From positions 31,264-95,263 of the forward strand of contig JAULZW010000005.1 in assembly GCA_032117235.1 (NCBI GenBank): 64,000 bases of DNA, in the 5' to 3' direction. Shown in pieces: positions 11,068 to 17,800 of this stretch (within the stretch, counting starts at the first letter, position 1; each line of letters starts with the position of its first letter). This DNA is from Minisyncoccota bacterium (GTDB lineage: Bacteria > Patescibacteriota > Minisyncoccia > SW-4-49-11). A program made the position numbers and the translations under genes. The notes below the pieces were generated by a model. That model did not search any database. It had not been told where the DNA came from and saw only the letters and a program-made list of their open reading frames with translations.

Positions 11068-11087
11068 CCCCACTTAGCTAAGTGGGG
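11068..11087 (-). terminator. rho-independent terminator-like hairpin (minus-strand transcript)
   Basis: ccccactt-agct-aagtgggg is a perfect 8-bp stem. The minus strand follows it with a UUUUUUCUUUC run. Confidence 0.5.
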
Positions 11088-11394
11088 TGGAGTGTTGGGA
11101 TCTGATTAAGTTGCATAAAGCTCGAGGGAGTATTATTGTTAAAACATCTCTGTTGGCTCGACCCTTGCACCGAATAGATATTTGTCTAATCGTATTTGGA
11201 ACTATTTTTCTGTGTCGTTCAGGTATTTTGTGTCGGCTTAATAGTATTGCATTAGTATAAACTCTCGTTTTGTTTAATCCTTTCAATCTAGAAAATGATT
11301 TTTCTGTATTTATATTTAATCCCTCTAAGATAATGATGATATTTCTCCATTCTTCTACAGACAGAACCCAAGTCTCCATCAGAAAATTCCTCAA
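11074..11394 (-). CDS. questionable 106-aa basic ORF (possibly non-coding)
   Basis: The ORF ends inside the terminator hairpin and has no recognisable domain. It lies in a long non-coding-looking spacer. Confidence 0.15.
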   Translation of the reverse strand: MRNFLMETWVLSVEEWRNIIIILEGLNINTEKSFSRLKGLNKTRVYTNAILLSRHKIPERHRKIVPNTIRQISIRCKGRANRDVLTIILPRALCNLIRSQHSTPLS

Positions 11395-11441
11395 GTGAAA
11401 GTAGTATATAAAATATCAAATTCTATTATTATTGTCAAATT

Positions 11442-11680
11442 GGGGACGGAGCTAAATTCCCCTCTTGAGGGGTGGACAGCTTTGCTGGACGGGGTGGAAA
11501 AGAAAATATTTATACATAACATAAAAATACTCCACCCCGTATCCCCGCTGTAAACATATCAGGGATACACCCCTCAAGAGGGGAGTTGAAAGCCAGAAAA
11601 GTAAAAGCCCTACGAAAACTATGTCGGCGGGTCGCCGACTCTACGAATAATGGAGGGGTAAACCCTCCGCTACGAAAAAG
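11442..11680. ncRNA. candidate structured RNA of unknown class (GC-rich, nested long-range helices)
   Basis: The span is about 50% GC against a 30% GC genome. Three sets of pairings are visible. (1) Outer pairing 11457-11475 (ttcccctcttgaggggtg) with 11568-11585 (cacccctcaagaggggag). (2) Inner pairing 11487-11499 (ggacggggtggaa) with 11541-11555 (ctccaccccgtatcc). (3) Hairpins gtcggcg-ggt-cgccgac and ggaggg-gtaaa-ccctcc, separated by three CUACGAA repeats. Confidence 0.35.
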
Positions 11681-11683
11681 AAA

Positions 11684-11717
11684 AAAGCCCCGCTGAGTGC
11701 AGGGCTTGGTGAGAAAC
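11684..11717 (-). terminator. rho-independent terminator of the 11723..12166 gene
   Basis: Hairpin aagccc-cgctgagtgca-gggctt. The minus strand follows it with UUUUUUCUUUUUC. Confidence 0.5.
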
Positions 11718-11722
11718 GAGAG

Positions 11723-12166
11723 TCAGGAGAGAAACTCGTACTGAGTGACGATGCCCCAGTGAATCGTTGCCATTAAAGGTGGCAACATATAATTCTTATC
11801 CTGATAGGCTTGAGCCCATAACAAAATAATGGGCTTCAATTCTTGCTCCTGTTCAGTCAGGAACCAGAACTTTGCCTCAGTCTCCTCGACTGTTTCTAGC
11901 AAGGTAATTGCTATAAATATCTGAACCACACTCCCATACTTTTTGGATTCCTCCAAGATCTCAGGGAGTAGAGCTTCTACTCCAGCTACCAATTTCTTTA
12001 GAGGGAATTGTCGGGAGCTGAGATCCGTCGGGATGGGAGGGGGAGCAACCTCAGCCTCAGGAATTTCGCCTGGTTTCATCTCTGCCAAACTCTGAATATT
12101 GTCCAGAGTTTGGGGGAAGAGTGAACGAATGCGTTCAAGGATTCGGAAGGGGGTGAGGGAGGGCAT
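11723..12166 (-). CDS. hypothetical protein encoded in a GC-rich island
   Basis: 147-aa ORF at about 48% GC with CGG/GGG/CCC-type codons that are rare elsewhere in the window. No recognisable motif. Confidence 0.45.
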   Translation of the reverse strand: MPSLTPFRILERIRSLFPQTLDNIQSLAEMKPGEIPEAEVAPPPIPTDLSSRQFPLKKLVAGVEALLPEILEESKKYGSVVQIFIAITLLETVEETEAKFWFLTEQEQELKPIILLWAQAYQDKNYMLPPLMATIHWGIVTQYEFLS

Positions 12167-12240
12167 AAGCCAAACCTTGTGAAATGAACAAAAATAATCA
12201 TATCACAAAACCACCAAAATGTCAATAGGTGTAGGTAGTT

Positions 12241-13659
12241 TTATTTTGTCTTGATAATCACACTTTTCCCGTCTTTATCCTGGATAATGTAGCCTGATTT
12301 AGATAATTCTTGTCTTAATTTGTCAGCTTGGTCAAAGTCTTTATTGGCTCTAGCTTGATTGCGATTATTGAAAATAAGCATTATATCAGCGGGGATTGAG
12401 GTTTTGGTGAGGGGTAAATTGAGAGCCAGAACTCGCTCTAATCTTTGGAATAATTTGATTATATGGCGTCTTGGTATGGGGTCTCCAGCATCTATTGAGC
12501 TATTGATTTCTTTGATAAAATCAAACATAAAGGCAATGGCCTTGGGGGAGTCAAGATCAGAGAAAAGAGATTTTTTGAAATTATTATAGGTATCTCGGAT
12601 CAGCTTTTGTAGCTTTAGGTTTTTGCGATGTGGCTTGATAGTATTCACTCTATTGATAAAATCTATTATCCGCTGGCGGGTTTGTTTGGCTTGAGTTAGG
12701 GAGTCCCAAGAAAAATCTATATCAGAGCGATAATGTGCCATTAAAACTAATAATCTCAAGTCTAGTGGAGAATAGTCTTTATCAACAATATCATCTAGGG
12801 TGATAAAAGTTCCCGCTGATTTGGACATTTTGGCGGTATTGACGGTGAGAAAATAACTGTGCAGCCAATAATGTGCCATTGGCTTACCAGTATCTGCTTT
12901 GAACTGAGCTATTTCATTGGTGTGATGAATTGGAATATGATCTTTACCTCCTGTATGTATATCAAAGGGTGCATGGAGTAGTGAGTCTGCCATTACTACA
13001 CATTCAGAATGCCAACCAGGGAAGCCAATTCCCCAAGGGCTATCCCATTCCATTTGTCTTGTCTCATCTTTAGGGGAGAATTTCCATAAAGCAAAATCTG
13101 AGGGCGATTTTTTATCTCCCATATTTACTCGAGCTCCGGCTTCCTGAGCTTTGAGATTGAGATGGGCAAAATCAGCATATTCTGGGAATTTGGTAGTATC
13201 AAAATATACTCCATCACTGATAATATAGGTATATCCTTTGCGCTCTAATCTCTTGATAAGATTAATTTGCTCTTTTATATATTCAGTTGCTTTCGGGTAA
13301 TGGTCTGAAGAAAGAATATTCAGTTTTTCTAAATCTTCTTGCCAAAGTTTGGTGTATTTCTCGGCGATTTCTAATGCTGTGAGATTTTCTCTTTTGGCTC
13401 CTTTTTCTAATTTATCCTCTCCGGTATCCTCATCACTAACCAGATGGCCAACATCTGTAATATTAGTAACTGAATAAATAGTATAGCCATGTAATTGCAG
13501 AGTTCTTTTGAGTAAATCATCAAATAAACTTTTTCGTAAATTTCCAATATGCTGTCTATCATATACGGTTGGTCCACAACTATATAGGGACACTCTTTTT
13601 AGGTGTATGGATTTGAAAGGGACTATTGCCTTGGCTGGGGTATTATATAGTTTTATCAT
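12241..13659 (-). CDS. cysS: cysteinyl-tRNA synthetase
   Basis: Class I aaRS with a HIGN (HIGH) motif at the N-terminus and a KMSKS motif (TAKMSKSAGT). Length 472 aa. Confidence 0.9.
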   Translation of the reverse strand: MIKLYNTPAKAIVPFKSIHLKRVSLYSCGPTVYDRQHIGNLRKSLFDDLLKRTLQLHGYTIYSVTNITDVGHLVSDEDTGEDKLEKGAKRENLTALEIAEKYTKLWQEDLEKLNILSSDHYPKATEYIKEQINLIKRLERKGYTYIISDGVYFDTTKFPEYADFAHLNLKAQEAGARVNMGDKKSPSDFALWKFSPKDETRQMEWDSPWGIGFPGWHSECVVMADSLLHAPFDIHTGGKDHIPIHHTNEIAQFKADTGKPMAHYWLHSYFLTVNTAKMSKSAGTFITLDDIVDKDYSPLDLRLLVLMAHYRSDIDFSWDSLTQAKQTRQRIIDFINRVNTIKPHRKNLKLQKLIRDTYNNFKKSLFSDLDSPKAIAFMFDFIKEINSSIDAGDPIPRRHIIKLFQRLERVLALNLPLTKTSIPADIMLIFNNRNQARANKDFDQADKLRQELSKSGYIIQDKDGKSVIIKTK

Positions 13660-13665
13660 ATAATA

Positions 13666-15309
13666 TTATTGAAGAGGATTAGAGGTTGATTTATTGGGTG
13701 GTCGATAAGTTGAATAAAAAGCGTCTCTTTTTATCATATTTTCTCCCTCATAAATTTCACGATAGGCTACGGTTTTCATAGATCCGTCTGGGCTTGATTC
13801 TAACACGACGGGCTCAATAGTTTTGGCGGTTTTGCCAGTTGAGGTTCCATAAATTTCATAATACAGAATAGTCCCTACAATATAATGTTGAATCAAAATA
13901 TGATGATTTGTATCATTTTGGAATTTAAAGTCAGGTTTTGGTAAGTAGATTGTAGCATCAAGCCCAGGTTTTCCATAATAATTTACAACATAAGAATGGT
14001 TTCTCCTCTCAATAATTGGTAATCCAGCATTTAGAGCGGCTCTAAATAGAGTAGTTGAAACTTGGCAAATACCTCCTCCATATTCGGGTATGGTTTTATT
14101 GCCTTTAATTACTAACTCAGGTAAATATCCATTACGGGCATCTACTTTACCCAAGGTATTTACAAAAGAGAACTCCTCTCCAGGTTTCAAAAGAGTGCTA
14201 GAAATTTTATTAGCAGCTACATTTATATTTTTAACCCTACTTTTGCTTGATCCTCTAAAGTTAGACTCTCCTTTTCCCAATAGTATTTTAAGACCTAGTG
14301 CATCGAATTGGGATTCATCAATCAGGGGAGAGGTGACCGCTACGAATAATTCTGTTTTTGCTTTTCCATCTAAAATATCATTTTTAATTCTTTTAGAACT
14401 TTCTTCCATCATTAACTTAGCCCCTTCTTTTCCAGGCTCTAAAATTTGAATTTGTTGAGTGTCAGGATTGAATCTTAATTTTGCATTCACAGGTTGGCTA
14501 GTCAGAGTTTTTTGCACTGATTCTAAATATTCTTTGACTGTATCTTGAGAGATGTCAATTTTTTTGGTTGTCTGATCAATAGTAATCCAAGTAACAATTT
14601 CTTCAGGAGGGATAGTGATATTAGTTTTATTAAAAAATATTTCATGTTCTACTATCAAGGCTTCTAAATCTGATTTTTGAGCTTCCCAAGAAGCAGTTGT
14701 AATGCTAGGGATCTCTTTTTTAAGTGGGACTTCTAATTTTATTTCCTCATCTTTCATCTTAGCAGTAATAGCTGGAGTTATTTTTTCGACATCTAATCTT
14801 TCTCCAACCTGTTCTGGAATAATAATAACTTCACCTTCTTTATAATCTAATTTAGCATTAGCAAGAGTTTTTAGAGCTGGATTTATTTTAGCACCGAGTG
14901 CAGATTCCAAGACTTCAGGATCACTTGTATATAGCCAATTTATATCGGTATTTTGAAATAGGTGGCTTAAAATAGCAAGAATATTGTTTTTTCTCTTAAC
15001 TCTATAAGCTTGTACTAAAGTTTCATCAGTATTGAGTTTTATGCCCAACTCTTCTAATGTAGTAGTATATTCTTGATTTTCATAAGTGAGTATAATATTT
15101 TTAACACTTAGATTTTTATTCTTTTCATCCAATATGTCGAAGGCTTCCTTTAAGCTTTTAGAACTAATATCAAGCCCTTGCACTGCAACATTAGGATAAA
15201 CTGACTCACGATAAGCAAAAGAAAACCATCCAGCTATAATGGACAATATTAAGAATATAGAAGTTATAATGATTAATGGTAGCTTAACTTTTTGCCAAAA
15301 TAATTTCAT
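13666..15309 (-). CDS. VanW-domain membrane-anchored protein (YoaR-like)
   Basis: N-terminal TM helix. C-terminal VanW-like block GGGICQVSTTLFRAALNAGLPIIERRNHS. Confidence 0.7.
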   Translation of the reverse strand: MKLFWQKVKLPLIIITSIFLILSIIAGWFSFAYRESVYPNVAVQGLDISSKSLKEAFDILDEKNKNLSVKNIILTYENQEYTTTLEELGIKLNTDETLVQAYRVKRKNNILAILSHLFQNTDINWLYTSDPEVLESALGAKINPALKTLANAKLDYKEGEVIIIPEQVGERLDVEKITPAITAKMKDEEIKLEVPLKKEIPSITTASWEAQKSDLEALIVEHEIFFNKTNITIPPEEIVTWITIDQTTKKIDISQDTVKEYLESVQKTLTSQPVNAKLRFNPDTQQIQILEPGKEGAKLMMEESSKRIKNDILDGKAKTELFVAVTSPLIDESQFDALGLKILLGKGESNFRGSSKSRVKNINVAANKISSTLLKPGEEFSFVNTLGKVDARNGYLPELVIKGNKTIPEYGGGICQVSTTLFRAALNAGLPIIERRNHSYVVNYYGKPGLDATIYLPKPDFKFQNDTNHHILIQHYIVGTILYYEIYGTSTGKTAKTIEPVVLESSPDGSMKTVAYREIYEGENMIKRDAFYSTYRPPNKSTSNPLQ

Positions 15310-15387
15310 ATATAATATATATATTTATTAGTATATTTTACTACAGCTTAATTATATTATCAAATAAATTTGTTAATTATTATATTA

Positions 15388-16389
15388 TCAAATTGACTTA
15401 CCTCTTATTTTACGAAATATATTATATAAATTAAAAATAAATCTTTTATGAATAAAAATTTGGCTACTTGGGTAATCAATAGTCTTTCCTCCAAACTGCA
15501 TTTTGAATTTTGAGATTCCCTGCCAAGATTTTTTTGTAGTAGATACTCCCCAAAAGTCATAGATTTTTTTACCAAGATTTTTAGCTTCCAAAATAGATTG
15601 CCATTGAAGAAGTGGTGGAGCCATTAGGTTGCGATATTGATTGCTAGAAGCTCCATGTAAATAAATTCTTTGATCCAAGGTATCCAAGATGATATTGGTG
15701 GCTAAAACATTATCTTCATACTCAGCTATAATTAAAGATACTTCAATCTCATCTAAATCATTTTTTAATATATTTTTGTAATGTTTCTTGGAATGAATAG
15801 CAAATTTCCCTCTTTGGCTGGTATCTTTCATTAAATTAAAGAATATATCAAAGTATTTATTAAATTCAGGATGTTTGTTGGGTATGGTTTTAATTTCAAC
15901 GCCTTTTTTTTGAGCTAATTTAATATTATATCTCATTTTAGAATGCATATTTTTTAATAAATCATTTTCTGATAGATTTAAATCTAATATTTGAGTTTGA
16001 TGGGGTAGTCTTTCTAATTCACTAGGTTGGGTATATTTCTTAAAAATCTGACTATAATCATGATATATATCTTGAGCTGGCTCAATTAAAGTAAATATTG
16101 CATTATACTTTTGGGCTATTTCTTTCATATTATCCCAAAATTCTTGAATTATCTCTTGAGATATATTTGTTGAGTATAAAATCGGCCCTCTCGGTATATG
16201 TAATTGAGTGTATTTTGAAATTAAATTATAAACATAAACTTGAGCAAAGATTACAGTATGACCATCTTTATTATTTATAACAACTCTTTCTACGGCAAGA
16301 TAATCTTTGCTAATTAATTCTGCCCAATCTAATAGTTGATAGTACTCGGATATATTGTTTGCGAATTTCTGATCAGCTGATAATATCAT
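15388..16389 (-). CDS. FemAB-family peptidoglycan bridge aminoacyltransferase
   Basis: FemA/FemX-like blocks RYNIKLAQKKGVE and LHGASSNQYRNLMAPPLLQW. The start is set at the internal MILSADQ, which overlaps the upstream gene by ATGA. Confidence 0.65.
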   Translation of the reverse strand: MILSADQKFANNISEYYQLLDWAELISKDYLAVERVVINNKDGHTVIFAQVYVYNLISKYTQLHIPRGPILYSTNISQEIIQEFWDNMKEIAQKYNAIFTLIEPAQDIYHDYSQIFKKYTQPSELERLPHQTQILDLNLSENDLLKNMHSKMRYNIKLAQKKGVEIKTIPNKHPEFNKYFDIFFNLMKDTSQRGKFAIHSKKHYKNILKNDLDEIEVSLIIAEYEDNVLATNIILDTLDQRIYLHGASSNQYRNLMAPPLLQWQSILEAKNLGKKIYDFWGVSTTKKSWQGISKFKMQFGGKTIDYPSSQIFIHKRFIFNLYNIFRKIRGKSI

Positions 16390-17345
16390 ATTAGATGAGG
16401 TTCTAATGTTGTCGCTATTTCCATAACTTCTTCCATAGAACTTAATCCATTTACAGATCCTATTTCTCTTAGTACTGATGAGGATTGTATAATACCCCAT
16501 TTTAGAGCTTGTGACAAATCGTTAGATTGAATAAAACTAGCTAAAAAACCAGCTGCAAAGGCATCTCCAGCTCCAGTGGTTTCTAGTTTTTTAACTATTC
16601 TTGCTGGTAAATATAGGGTGTTATTACTGTTGCTTACATAAGCTCCATTATTACCATCAGTAATAGCTACAATTTTGGCTCCCAGACTGTGTAATCCTTT
16701 AATTAAATTAGCCACATCCTCATCAGTATTATTGATAATATATTGAGCCTCCTCCTTATTCACGAATAAAATTTCAGTTTTCGGTACAATTTGATGAATT
16801 AAATCTAAATTATACTTTAACAAATAAGATCCCGGGTTTAAAACTAATTTATAACTATTAGAATTAGCTAGTATATTATCTAATATAGTCTCTGAACCCT
16901 TGCTAAGAGAGGTAATATATAGCCATTCGCTTGTAGGTAAGTTTAAATTAGTATAATCCTTTGGCTGATGATGAGAAAAAACTATTCTCTCCCCATTGAT
17001 AGATAAAATTGTCGATTGATTAACTCCAGAATTAACTGTTTTGACTATATGTTCAGTATTGAGATTAAGATTATTTATAGAGTCTATAATATAATTTGAT
17101 AAATTATCCTCTCCAATTGAGGATACTAAAGCTGTATTTATACCGAGTAAGCTTAACCCATAAGTTATATTATAGGCATTTCCACCAATAGAATCATAAA
17201 CTTGCGAAACTGGAACTTTATGTCCAATTTCTAAGTTCAAAATAAAGTTACCAGGATTAGAAGGGGAGGGTAATATAGGTATATCTGGAGCTAATAAAAA
17301 TCTATCAAGGGCAATGTCTCCAATTACAATACATTGATAATTCAT
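16386..17345 (-). CDS. PfkB-family carbohydrate kinase (ribokinase-like)
   Basis: C-terminal anion-hole motif TTGAGDAFAAGF and an N-terminal GG dipeptide region. Length 319 aa. Confidence 0.8.
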   Translation of the reverse strand: MNYQCIVIGDIALDRFLLAPDIPILPSPSNPGNFILNLEIGHKVPVSQVYDSIGGNAYNITYGLSLLGINTALVSSIGEDNLSNYIIDSINNLNLNTEHIVKTVNSGVNQSTILSINGERIVFSHHQPKDYTNLNLPTSEWLYITSLSKGSETILDNILANSNSYKLVLNPGSYLLKYNLDLIHQIVPKTEILFVNKEEAQYIINNTDEDVANLIKGLHSLGAKIVAITDGNNGAYVSNSNNTLYLPARIVKKLETTGAGDAFAAGFLASFIQSNDLSQALKWGIIQSSSVLREIGSVNGLSSMEEVMEIATTLEPHLI

Positions 17346-17358
17346 ATTAATTTATTAT

Positions 17359-17793
17359 TTAAGGATTAATAATAATAGCTCTGTCTGTGGCATTAAGCAC
17401 CTCAAACTCAATTTTAGTGTGATATATGCTTTTCCATAGGTTTGGAGTTTTGCTAGCCCATTCTACTAATAATATGTTATGTGGGTTTTGTAATAAATCC
17501 ATAATGCCTAAATTTAAAACCTCCCATTCTTGCTCTAATCGATATAAATCTAAATGATAAACTTTAAATTTTGAATTTGGTATTAGATAAGTTTTCATAA
17601 TCACAAAAGTAGGACTAGTGACATTTTGTATAACTCCCAATCCCGCTAAAAAACCTTGACTAAAAGTAGTTTTTCCACCACCTAGCTCACCTTCTAATAA
17701 AACTAAATTAGCTCTTTTAGTTGCTAGAATTTCCTGAGCAATATTTGTGGCTAAGTCTTTAGTTTCATTTACAGATTTAGATATAATCTCCAT
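17359..17793 (-). CDS. tsaE: tRNA t6A biosynthesis ATPase TsaE (YjeE)
   Basis: 144 aa with P-loop LEGELGGGKTTF. Size and motif are typical of TsaE. Confidence 0.8.
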   Translation of the reverse strand: MEIISKSVNETKDLATNIAQEILATKRANLVLLEGELGGGKTTFSQGFLAGLGVIQNVTSPTFVIMKTYLIPNSKFKVYHLDLYRLEQEWEVLNLGIMDLLQNPHNILLVEWASKTPNLWKSIYHTKIEFEVLNATDRAIIINP

Positions 17794-17800
17794 ATAATAA

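Noticed and set aside
11040-11722. tmRNA (ssrA) or RNase P RNA identity for the GC-rich structured region
   Set aside because: I found no GGGG…CCCCACCA acceptor pairing, T-arm GGTTCGA-like sequence or tag ORF for tmRNA on either strand. I also found no GGAAAGUCC / ACAGAANCCGGCUUA P4 pair for RNase P, only loose resemblances such as ACAGAACCC at 11362. It is left as an unclassified structured element.
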